Source: an uncultured delta proteobacterium
GTDB taxonomy: Bacteria > Desulfobacterota > Desulfobacteria > Desulfobacterales > JAFDCJ01
Assembly (NCBI GenBank): GCA_963769935.1
Contig: CAVYNY010000016.1
Location: forward strand, 256,001 to 320,000
Reading direction: 5' to 3'
DNA: 64,000 nt
This document shows, one piece after another, positions 28,675 to 37,050 of the stretch. The notes under the pieces were generated by a model. It did not search any database. It was not told where the DNA came from and saw only the letters and a list, made by a program, of their open reading frames with translations. The position numbers were made by a program, and so were the translations under genes. The stretch's first letter is position 1; every line of letters begins with the position of its first letter.

Positions 28675-29481
28675 ATGAGTGAATCCGCCCAATTCAAAGT
28701 TGAACACGAAGCGCACATTGCCTGGTTAACCCTGAATCGGCCCGAAAAACGCAATGTCATGGGAACCGCATTCTTTAAGGAACTGGCCGGGCATTTAGAA
28801 GCGTTCGACCAGGATCCTGCCGTTCGGGTGGTGGTTGTCAAGGCCGAAGGCCAAAGCTTCACGGCCGGAACCGACCTTACAGAGGCCGCCTCGCTGCTGA
28901 GCGGTGCCGCCGCCGATCAGCGGGAGGCAACCCGCATAAAGATCTTAGCGCTCCAGACAGGCTTAACGAAATTAGAAGAATGCCGCAAACCGGTAATTGC
29001 CGCAGTGCACAGCCATTGCATCGGCGGCGGGATCGATCTGATCAGTGCCTGCGACATCCGGCTCGCAACCAAAGACGCAGTTTTCAGCATTCGAGAGACC
29101 CGCATGGGAATTATCGCCGACCTGGGTACGCTTCAACGCTTGCCCTACATCATCGGCCACGGCTGGTTTCGTGAACTGGCCTTGACGGGACGCGATTTCA
29201 CGGCTGAAGAAGCCTTGCAGATGCATCTGATCACCCGGATTTGCGAAGATCGCGATGCCCTGTATGCCGCAGCGAAAAAACTGGCACTTCAGATTGCCGC
29301 CTGCCCGCCCCTTACCGTTCAAGGCACCAAAGACGTTATGCTTTACAGCCGGGATCACGGCATCGCGGCCGGTCTGAACTACGTAGCCCAGAAAAACACA
29401 GCGGCACTTCCCTCGGAAGATGTCGTTGAAGCCGTGACGGCGTTTATGGAAAAGAGACCGCCCAAATTCAAAGGCAAATAG
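28675..29481 (+). CDS. Enoyl-CoA hydratase/isomerase (crotonase family)
   Basis: LNRPEKRN, FTAGTDL, CIGGGIDL, ADLGTLQRLP (dienoyl-CoA isomerase-like). Confidence 0.9.
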   Translation: MSESAQFKVEHEAHIAWLTLNRPEKRNVMGTAFFKELAGHLEAFDQDPAVRVVVVKAEGQSFTAGTDLTEAASLLSGAAADQREATRIKILALQTGLTKLEECRKPVIAAVHSHCIGGGIDLISACDIRLATKDAVFSIRETRMGIIADLGTLQRLPYIIGHGWFRELALTGRDFTAEEALQMHLITRICEDRDALYAAAKKLALQIAACPPLTVQGTKDVMLYSRDHGIAAGLNYVAQKNTAALPSEDVVEAVTAFMEKRPPKFKGK

Positions 29482-29566
29482 AAAAAGAGCACTGCGCTCC
29501 TCAAGGCCGAAGGCCGCTCACTGAGCGAAGCCATCGATCGACGATCATAAACTATGAAAATAGGAG

Positions 29567-30721
29567 ATGAATCAAATGTCTCATGGTGCCTTATCCGGAA
29601 TAACTGTTATAGACCTTTCCCGCCTCCTGCCGGGTCCCTACTGTTCGATGATTCTGGCCGATCACGGGGCCCGGGTCATCGCCATTGAAGATAGACGTTT
29701 TCTGGCGGACGGGCTCTTCATGAACATTATCAACAGGAACAAAGAGCACATGTGCTTGAACCTGAAAACGGAACAGGGCCGGGAAATCTTTTTCCGCCTG
29801 ATCCGGAGGGCCGATGTCGTGCTGGAGGGTTTTCGGCCCGGCGTTGTCGACCGGCTGGGAGTCGATTATAAAACGGTTTGCAAGGTCAATCCGCGCATTG
29901 TCTACTGCTCGATTACCGGGTACGGTCAAACCGGCCCCTACCGCGACCGGGTCGGACATGATGCCAATTACCTGAGCTATGCCGGTGTCTTGGATCTCAT
30001 CGGAGAGGCGGATCGTCCGCCGTCCATCCCGGGAGTTCAAATTGCCGATATTGCCGGCGGCGGCATGAATGCAGCCATCGGCATTCTGCTGGCCCTTATG
30101 GCCCGTGATAAAACCGGCCGGGGCCAATACATCGATATCTCCATGACCGACGGGATGGTGGGTTTGCTGCCGGCCGTAATGTTTTTTCATCAGCTGACCG
30201 GCCGGGAGCCGAAACGCGCCGATACCCTCCTGTCGCATCGCTATGCCTGCTATAACACTTACGAGACCGCCGACGGCCGGTTCCTGTCCATCGGCGCGGT
30301 GGAATATCGTTTCTGGCAGCAGCTTTGCCAGACCCTCGGTGTACCGGAATATGCATCCCTGCAGTATGATGATCAGCGCCGCCGGGAAATCCTGGACTTC
30401 ATGCGCACCACGTTCAAGAAAAAAACGCTGGCTGAATGGGAAGTCGAGCTCGGGGACCGGGATATCTGCTGGGGGCGGGTCCAGTCACTGGCGGAAGTGC
30501 TGGATGATCCGCTTTTCAGGGAGCGGGAGATGGTGGTTGAAATCGAGGGCAAAGACGGCCAAATGTCCAAAACCCTCGGCGTTCCCGTGAAACTGAGTGA
30601 TACCCCGGGCACGGTTCGCAGCCCACCGGTGGATTTTGGTGAAAGTACTGCAGCCGTACTCGGCGAGCTCGGGTATACGCCGGAAGAAATCAAGACTCTG
30701 GGCGAAAAGGAAGTGATCTAA
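29567..30721 (+). CDS. Family III CoA-transferase (CaiB/BaiF, AMACR-like)
   Basis: DLSRLLPGP, NRNK, EGFRPGVVDRLG, GHDANY, ADIAGG. Confidence 0.92.
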   Translation: MNQMSHGALSGITVIDLSRLLPGPYCSMILADHGARVIAIEDRRFLADGLFMNIINRNKEHMCLNLKTEQGREIFFRLIRRADVVLEGFRPGVVDRLGVDYKTVCKVNPRIVYCSITGYGQTGPYRDRVGHDANYLSYAGVLDLIGEADRPPSIPGVQIADIAGGGMNAAIGILLALMARDKTGRGQYIDISMTDGMVGLLPAVMFFHQLTGREPKRADTLLSHRYACYNTYETADGRFLSIGAVEYRFWQQLCQTLGVPEYASLQYDDQRRREILDFMRTTFKKKTLAEWEVELGDRDICWGRVQSLAEVLDDPLFREREMVVEIEGKDGQMSKTLGVPVKLSDTPGTVRSPPVDFGESTAAVLGELGYTPEEIKTLGEKEVI

Positions 30722-30755
30722 AAATAAAATCCCAAACGCAGAAAGATTCGATTAA

Positions 30756-32342
30756 ATGGCAGCAGCCGATCAGAAATATGTCCTGTCGATTGACCTGGGA
30801 ACTTCCGGCAGCAAAACAGCGATAGTGTCGGTCCATGGGGAAGTCATTGATTTCGACTTCCAATCGGTTCCCTTATATCTTTTAGATAACGGCGGCGCGG
30901 AACAGAATCCATTGGACTGGTGGGAGGCAATCATGGCGACATCCAAACGGCTTTTGAGCCGGGGTTCGGTGGATCCGGACAATATTGTCGCCATTGCAGC
31001 ATCTACCCAGTGGTCCGGAACCGTGGCGGTCGATCGGAACGGCCGTCCCCTGATGAACGCCGTGATCTGGATGGATATGCGCGGCGCCGGATATGTCAAA
31101 GAAATGGCCGGCGGACCCCTAAAAATCGAAGGCTATGACATAAGAAAACTGCTGCGCTGGATCCGAATGACCGGCGGCGCGCCCGGCCTGTCCGGCAAAG
31201 ACCCGGTCGGTCATATTCTGTTGATCAGAAATGAGTTTCCCGACGTTTACAAAAATACCTTTAAATTTCTCGAACCCAAGGACTATATCAATTATTGCTT
31301 TACGGGCAGATACGCGGCCTCCTACGATTCCATTACCCTGCACTGGGTCACCGACAATCGCAATATCCGCAATATCGCCTACAGCGATGACCTGTTGCGT
31401 ATCTATAACCTCGAAAAGGATAAGCTGCCGGCGCTCAAGCGTTCCATCGACCTCCTGGGCCCGCTAAAAAAAGAAGTGGCCGCCGAACTGGGCCTGCGGG
31501 AAGATGTCCAGGTGGTGATGGGCTCCCCCGATGTTCAGGCGGCCGCCTTGGGATCGGGCGCCGTCCGCGATTTCGAGGGCCACCTTTACATTGGGACCTC
31601 TTCCTGGATATCGGCCCATGTGCCTTTCAAAAAGACGGATGTCCTGCATGCGATTGCCTCGATTCCCAGCGCGATTCCCGACAAATATCTGATCGCCAAC
31701 GAGCAGGAGACCGCCGGCGCCTCTTTAACTTTTCTGAAAGAAAACATCCTCTACCACAAAGATGAATTGCTGCGGGAAGAAGCGCTGCCCGACGTCTATA
31801 AGGTATTTGACCGCATCGCGGAAGCATCACCCCCCGGCAGCAACAGGGTGATCTTTACGCCGTGGCTCAACGGCGAACGCACACCCGTCGAAGACAATTC
31901 GGCCCGGGCCTGCTTATACAATTTATCTTTAAGTTCAACGCGGTCCGACATTATCCGGGCCTTTCTGGAGGGTGTGGCCTGCAATCAGCGCTGGGCATTG
32001 CAGTATGTCGAAAAATTCATGGGACGGAAAATGAACCCGATCCACATGGTGGGCGGCGGGGCCGTCTCCAACATCTGGTGTCAAATTCACGCGGATGTTC
32101 TTAATCGCACCATCAAGCAGGTCAGGGACCCGATCCAAACCAACGCCCGCGGCGCGGCTTTTATCGCCGCGGTGGGCCTGGGTTACATGACATTTGATGA
32201 TATTCCCAGGTATATCCAAATCAGCGAGACTTATGAACCGAATCCGCAAAACCGCCGGATTTATGATCAGCTGTTTGCGGAGTTCCTGAACATATACAAA
32301 AAAAATAAAGCCATTTTCAGGCGCCTGAATTCCCCCGGCTGA
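30756..32342 (+). CDS. FGGY-family carbohydrate kinase (xylulokinase-like)
   Basis: IDLGTSGSK, EQNP.DWW, IWMDMR, GTSSW, PWLNGERTP, GGGA. Confidence 0.9.
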   Translation: MAAADQKYVLSIDLGTSGSKTAIVSVHGEVIDFDFQSVPLYLLDNGGAEQNPLDWWEAIMATSKRLLSRGSVDPDNIVAIAASTQWSGTVAVDRNGRPLMNAVIWMDMRGAGYVKEMAGGPLKIEGYDIRKLLRWIRMTGGAPGLSGKDPVGHILLIRNEFPDVYKNTFKFLEPKDYINYCFTGRYAASYDSITLHWVTDNRNIRNIAYSDDLLRIYNLEKDKLPALKRSIDLLGPLKKEVAAELGLREDVQVVMGSPDVQAAALGSGAVRDFEGHLYIGTSSWISAHVPFKKTDVLHAIASIPSAIPDKYLIANEQETAGASLTFLKENILYHKDELLREEALPDVYKVFDRIAEASPPGSNRVIFTPWLNGERTPVEDNSARACLYNLSLSSTRSDIIRAFLEGVACNQRWALQYVEKFMGRKMNPIHMVGGGAVSNIWCQIHADVLNRTIKQVRDPIQTNARGAAFIAAVGLGYMTFDDIPRYIQISETYEPNPQNRRIYDQLFAEFLNIYKKNKAIFRRLNSPG

Positions 32343-32500
32343 TGCGCCTAAACGTTTGAGGGAAGCATTGGTTAGGAAATTTAAAAATAAAAATGCGCAG
32401 CATATATTAATTAATCCGCCGGACCTTCGATCCAACGACTTTCTTCAATTTTACAAAAACGTTCATAGTCCCGAATATGCTATTTTTCAGGCCGGATTAA

Positions 32501-33889
32501 TTAGCTGTTGATTTTTTTCTGAGCCGTGATGCCGTATTTTTTCATGCGGTTCCAAACCGTGACCCGGGAAATCCCTAAAATCTCCGCTGCCCGGGACTGG
32601 TTTCCGCCGGCATCTTCGAGGGCCTCGATCAACTCTCTTTTTTTCATTTGGCTGCGATTGAAAGGACCTTTTTTATTATTTTTAACAAGGGGCGGACTCT
32701 GGTGGACGGGCGGCGGGAGATGTTCGGGCTGAATCATGGATTCCTGGCAGGCGACAAACACATACTCAAAGGCGCTTCTTAATTCCCTGACATTGCCGGG
32801 CCAGGCGTATGCCATCAACAGCCGCATGGCTTCATTAGATATACCTAGAATTTTCCGATTGTTTTTTAATTTAATTCGCCGAAAAAAATATTCGGCCAGC
32901 AACGGGATATCTTCCACCCGCTCTCTTAAGGGCGGGACCGTGATCGGGATGACGTTGATGCGGTAAAATAAATCCTCTCTGAAGGCACCCTGCTCCACCA
33001 ATTGCTTTAAATTGCGATTGGTGGCCGAAATGATTCTCACATCGATGGGAAGGGGCCGGTTGTCGCCGACACGTTCAACGATCTTTTCTTCCAATACCCG
33101 CAGCAGCTTGACCTGGGTGGATAAGGGCAGGTCTCCGATTTCGTCAAGAAAAATGTCGCCACCGTTGGCGGCCTCGAATCGCCCCTCACGGCTGCGATAG
33201 GCACCGGTAAAGGCGCCTTTGACGTGGCCGAAAAGCTCGCTTTCCAGCAGGGATTCCGTCAAGGCGGCACAATTAACCTTGACAAAGGGTCTGGCTTTCC
33301 GGGCTCCGCTGGTATGGATGGCCTTGGCCACAAGCTCTTTGCCGCAGCCGCTTTCGCCGAATATAATTACCGGTGCATCCGAGTGCGAGGCATTGCTGAT
33401 CAAATCAAATACCTGTTGCATGGATGCCGATGCCCCCAAGATCCCCTCAAATCCGTCTTCGGTGCGCAATTCGCGCCGAAAGGCTTCAATCTGGGTGTCT
33501 TTTTCGATCAATTCGTTGATGTCGGTCATCGTTTCCACCGCCCCCATCACGCTGCCGTCGGTGTCATGCAGCAGGGACGCATTTTTAAGCACATGTGTCC
33601 GTTCACCATCTTTTTTCGATAAGGCACATTTTCGCATGCTTACCCCTCCGGTTCTAAAGAGGCTGCACCACTTTTCACCTTTGCGTTCGCGGGCGATTTC
33701 GCAGATAGTGCAGTCTAAAATCGTACAGGGTTTTCCGATCAGTTCCTGCTTTGAATATCCGACTATCTTCTCCAAGGCTTTATTGACGGAAACAATGGTT
33801 CCGTCGGTATCGACGATCATAACGCCGTCCTGAATCGTGTTTACCACCGTTTTCCAATATCTGTTTAATTCCTGTTCAAGCATGTTCAA
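32501..33889 (-). CDS. PAS-domain sigma-54 enhancer-binding protein
   Basis: Cys-rich PAS; GESGCGKE, ESELFGHVKGAFTGA, FLDEIG, WPGNVREL, Fis-type HTH. Confidence 0.95.
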   Translation of the reverse strand: MNMLEQELNRYWKTVVNTIQDGVMIVDTDGTIVSVNKALEKIVGYSKQELIGKPCTILDCTICEIARERKGEKWCSLFRTGGVSMRKCALSKKDGERTHVLKNASLLHDTDGSVMGAVETMTDINELIEKDTQIEAFRRELRTEDGFEGILGASASMQQVFDLISNASHSDAPVIIFGESGCGKELVAKAIHTSGARKARPFVKVNCAALTESLLESELFGHVKGAFTGAYRSREGRFEAANGGDIFLDEIGDLPLSTQVKLLRVLEEKIVERVGDNRPLPIDVRIISATNRNLKQLVEQGAFREDLFYRINVIPITVPPLRERVEDIPLLAEYFFRRIKLKNNRKILGISNEAMRLLMAYAWPGNVRELRSAFEYVFVACQESMIQPEHLPPPVHQSPPLVKNNKKGPFNRSQMKKRELIEALEDAGGNQSRAAEILGISRVTVWNRMKKYGITAQKKINS

Positions 33890-33895
33890 TTTTCC

Positions 33896-33966
33896 TGTTA
33901 AATTTTTAACATATGTTTGATATTTCTTTTAGCAGTTTAACAGGTTGCCGGCAAGCTTTTTTAACA
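33896..33966. promoter_or_regulatory. Candidate upstream activator sites for the EBP
   Basis: Palindrome TGTTAAA-TT-TTTAACA (33896-33911) plus TTAACA half-sites ending at 33941 and 33966. Confidence 0.55.
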
Positions 33967-34098
33967 TCTTCTTTTACCCAATCGCTCCCGGAGCCATTTT
34001 CAGTAATTCAAAAATGTGCTGTAAGATTCCGGGAATATACATAATTATTTTTAAAATGCACGTGCAATCGTTCGTAAAATTAATACCCCGGTAAAACC

Positions 34099-34114
34099 TG
34101 GCATCGAACTTGCT
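34099..34114 (+). promoter_or_regulatory. Sigma-54 promoter of the tusA-mvhD-hdrA operon
   Basis: TGGCATCGAACTTGCT, near-consensus; divergent from an EBP gene. Confidence 0.85.
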
Positions 34115-34159
34115 CAATAAGATTTGAAACAGACCTGAGGTGTCGGTTTGAGGGAAACC

Positions 34160-34666
34160 ATGCAGCACAAGCTTGATCTACGAGGCGCTATCGTTCCTTT
34201 TTCTCTTCTTAAGGTGATCCAGGCGCTTAAACTGATGCAGACCGGTGAAACACTGGAAGTCTGCTGCAGTGATCCGGATGCGCCGGCCGATCTTTTCAAA
34301 GTTTTGCCGGATTCATCCTACGACCTGATAAGTCTCGAAGAGACGGCGGAGGCAGGGCCTGAATACCGAATTAAACTGGTAAAAAGACAATCAGTAAAAC
34401 CAACCAAGGAGGCAAAAATGACGGATTTAAGTTCAATTGAAGTTTCAAGTACAGTGGATGCCAGGGGCAGCGCTTGTCCGGGACCCCTGCTGGAAGCCAA
34501 GAAGGGCATCGGCAAGGTCAAAGTCGGCCAGATTCTCGAAATTTTTTCAAGCGACTCCGGCACTCGCAACGATATCCCGGCCTGGGCCAAAAAGGTCGGC
34601 CACGAGTACCTGGGCCTCCTGGAAACAGACGGCTACGACAAACATTATGTCCGCAGAAATAAATAG
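34160..34666 (+). CDS. tusA: Tandem TusA/SirA-domain ORF with an internal in-frame start at 34418
   Basis: Domain 1 LDLRGAIVPFSLLK (no Cys); domain 2 VDARGSACPGPLLEAKK..DIPAWAKKVGH with its own RBS AAGGAGG. Confidence 0.8.
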   Translation: MQHKLDLRGAIVPFSLLKVIQALKLMQTGETLEVCCSDPDAPADLFKVLPDSSYDLISLEETAEAGPEYRIKLVKRQSVKPTKEAKMTDLSSIEVSSTVDARGSACPGPLLEAKKGIGKVKVGQILEIFSSDSGTRNDIPAWAKKVGHEYLGLLETDGYDKHYVRRNK

Positions 34667-34674
34667 GCCGCATT

Positions 34675-35103
34675 ATGACGACACCGCAAAGTACTTCCCG
34701 CGAAGGCAAGATTTTGATCCTGGCAACTGAAACCTGCGCCTATCCCGGTGCCAACTCGGTGGGCCAGGCCCATTCAAGCTATCCGGCCAACACCTACATC
34801 ATGAGGGTCAGGGCGCCGGTTCTGTTCCCGGAACAGTTTTACCTTGATTGTTTTAAGAAAGGAATCGGCGGAATTATCATCATGTCCTGCGGCGAGGAAT
34901 GCCCGTACGAAGGCGCCTATCATGCCTTGGCGAAGCGCTTGGACCGGGTTTACGCTCTGATGAAAGTGCACAACCTGGAAATCCGCAGGCTGCGCCTGAC
35001 CGCCATCTGCACGGTGTGCAACCGGGCCTTTCTCAAAGAGGTCAATGATATGAACGCCCTGATTCAGGAAGTGGGGCCTCCCGAATACCGGGAGGCCGCC
35101 TGA
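34675..35103 (+). CDS. Divergent MvhD-like subunit
   Basis: KILILATETCAYPGAN..YPAN..IMRV..GIGGIIIMSCGEECPY..RRLRLTAICTVC. Confidence 0.75.
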   Translation: MTTPQSTSREGKILILATETCAYPGANSVGQAHSSYPANTYIMRVRAPVLFPEQFYLDCFKKGIGGIIIMSCGEECPYEGAYHALAKRLDRVYALMKVHNLEIRRLRLTAICTVCNRAFLKEVNDMNALIQEVGPPEYREAA

Positions 35104-35118
35104 CAACGACCGGACCTT

Positions 35119-35376
35119 ACCACCAGGCACAGAGAGCACGGAGATTAGTTTTTTTTTCGTTTGCCGGAGGCCTACCACTAAATAATATGATCCGACAGGT
35201 CATCCCGCCCGGCGGGGGAAATGACGGCAAACGAAAAGATATCGATGCTGCCGCATAAAGAAAATCTGAGTTCCAACAGGCAGCGTTGCCTTCACCGAAG
35301 GTTCAGGTTTTTTGCCCATCGGTCCGCCTCTGGCGGAATGGGCAAAAATAAGCAGCGGCTCTGTGTCTCAGTGGTG
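35119..35376. repeat. CAC..CACAGAG...CTCTGTG..GTG palindromic element with nested hairpins
   Basis: Outer arms ACCACCAGGCACAGAG / CTCTGTGTCTCAGTGGT; inner TTTTCGTTTGCCG/CGGCAAACGAAAA and TTTTTGCCCAT/ATGGGCAAAAA. Confidence 0.65.
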
Positions 35377-35445
35377 AAAAAATATTACGATGGAAAGCGA
35401 TACGCAGTGTGCCTGCTGCGCGACCTAAACCATCTGGAGGAAAGA

Positions 35446-36792
35446 ATGGGAAACTTAAATGTCATGGAATTCGATGCCATGGTTGTCGGCGGCGGAATCG
35501 CCGGTTTACAAACGGCACTGGACCTGGCGGATCAAAATTTCAAAGTGGCGGTGGTAGAAAAAGATGCCACCATCGGCGGCAAAATGATCCGATTGTCCAA
35601 AGTTTTCCCCACCCTGGACTGCGCCAGCTGTATCACCACGCCCAAAATGGCATCCGCCGCCCACCATGACAATATATCTATTTTCACCTATTGCGACGTA
35701 AACACCATCGAGCGCGAAAAGGATGGCATCGTCGCCTCCCTGACCCAACGGCCTCGCTATGTGGATGCGGATAAATGCATCGGCTGCCGTCAGTGTGAAT
35801 ATGGCTGCCCCGTGTATGTGCCCGATGAAGAGCAGGGGGGATTCACCCTGCGCAAGGCCATTCGCATTCCCTTTTCAAATGCCATTCCCCAAATTGCGGT
35901 GCTGGATGTTGAAAACTGTTCACTTTGCGGCAAATGTGCCCAGATCTGCCCGACCGAGGCCGTAGACTATTTCGCGCAGCCCGAAAATTTTGTCATCAAG
36001 GCCAAAACAGCGGTTTTGGCCACCGGGTTTAAATTGACCGACCCCCACCAGAAAAAAGAATACGGGCAGGGTCAGGTCGAAAACGTCATTACTTCCATGC
36101 AGATGGAGCGTCTGCTGGCACCGCACGGCCCCTACCAGCGGGTCATTCGGCCGTCCGACGGCAAGGAACCTGAATCGATTGCCTATGTGCAGTGCGCCGG
36201 CTCCCGGGATAAAAGCCTGGGGGTTTCCTACTGCTCACGGGTTTGCTGCATGTATGCCATCAAGCAGGCCATGCTGCTTTCCGGATCGCTGCCCCTGGCG
36301 GACATCACCATTTACTATATGGACATCCGGGCCTTCGGCAAAGGCTATGAACAATTCTATCAAAACGCCAAGGCCATGGGCATAGAATTTGTCAAAGCCA
36401 AGGTGGCCAAAATTTCGCGGGGCGAGAACCAGTCTGTCCAGCTGCGCTATGAAAATCAGGAGGGCGATGGCGGCGTGTCGACCCGGCAGCATGACCTGGT
36501 GGTGCTTTCACTGGGAATGGTGCCGGAATGGAATCCGGCCGGAATCTGTCCGGTATCGACCGATTCGGACGCCTTTATCAAAACCATCATGCCTAAAATT
36601 GCGCCGACCATCACGGACATCGAAGGCATATTTGCAGCCGGTGTGGCGGCAGGCCCCAAAGATATTGTGGACACCATCGCCGAAGCCGGAGCGGCCGCTA
36701 TGGAGGCATCCAATTATTTATTCCAATTAAAAAAGACAGATGACAGAGAACAGAAGACTGAAGAAAGAATCCAGGCTATTGCAGCAGGGTGA
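35446..36792 (+). CDS. HdrA-like FAD/Fe-S subunit lacking the N-terminal domain (QmoA-like)
   Basis: VVGGGIAG, FPTLDCASC, inserted 2x[4Fe-4S], MERLL, QCAGSRD, CSRVCCMYAIK, GPKDI; RBS GGAGG before ATG 35446. Confidence 0.88.
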   Translation: MGNLNVMEFDAMVVGGGIAGLQTALDLADQNFKVAVVEKDATIGGKMIRLSKVFPTLDCASCITTPKMASAAHHDNISIFTYCDVNTIEREKDGIVASLTQRPRYVDADKCIGCRQCEYGCPVYVPDEEQGGFTLRKAIRIPFSNAIPQIAVLDVENCSLCGKCAQICPTEAVDYFAQPENFVIKAKTAVLATGFKLTDPHQKKEYGQGQVENVITSMQMERLLAPHGPYQRVIRPSDGKEPESIAYVQCAGSRDKSLGVSYCSRVCCMYAIKQAMLLSGSLPLADITIYYMDIRAFGKGYEQFYQNAKAMGIEFVKAKVAKISRGENQSVQLRYENQEGDGGVSTRQHDLVVLSLGMVPEWNPAGICPVSTDSDAFIKTIMPKIAPTITDIEGIFAAGVAAGPKDIVDTIAEAGAAAMEASNYLFQLKKTDDREQKTEERIQAIAAG

Positions 36793-36904
36793 CCGCCAAA
36801 TCTGTAAGCAGTCACCTGACCTAAGGTCTTTGTCGTCAAGCATCAAGCATGAGACTTCATGAAATACGATGCCCTTTTCATGAAGCAGCCTGGTGGCGAT
36901 TCAG

Positions 36905-36997
36905 TTCACCGCAGAGATCGCGGAGGTCGCTGAGATCAGGAAATTTTTTAATCTTTATGAGGGTTCCCTCAGCGTTCTCTGCGCACTCAGCGGTGAA
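36905..36997. repeat. CACCGCAGAG...CTCTGCG..GCGGTG palindromic element
   Basis: TTCACCGCAGAGATCGCGGAG ... CTCTGCGCACTCAGCGGTGAA. Confidence 0.7.
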
Positions 36998-37050
36998 ATA
37001 TTAAATTTTATTTTCGATCGAACCGACTGCTGAAAACGGGAGTTTAATTT

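Noticed and set aside
35221..35445. 75-aa N-terminal extension of HdrA in the ORF track
   Set aside because: It runs through a palindromic repeat; the RBS and homology start at 35446.
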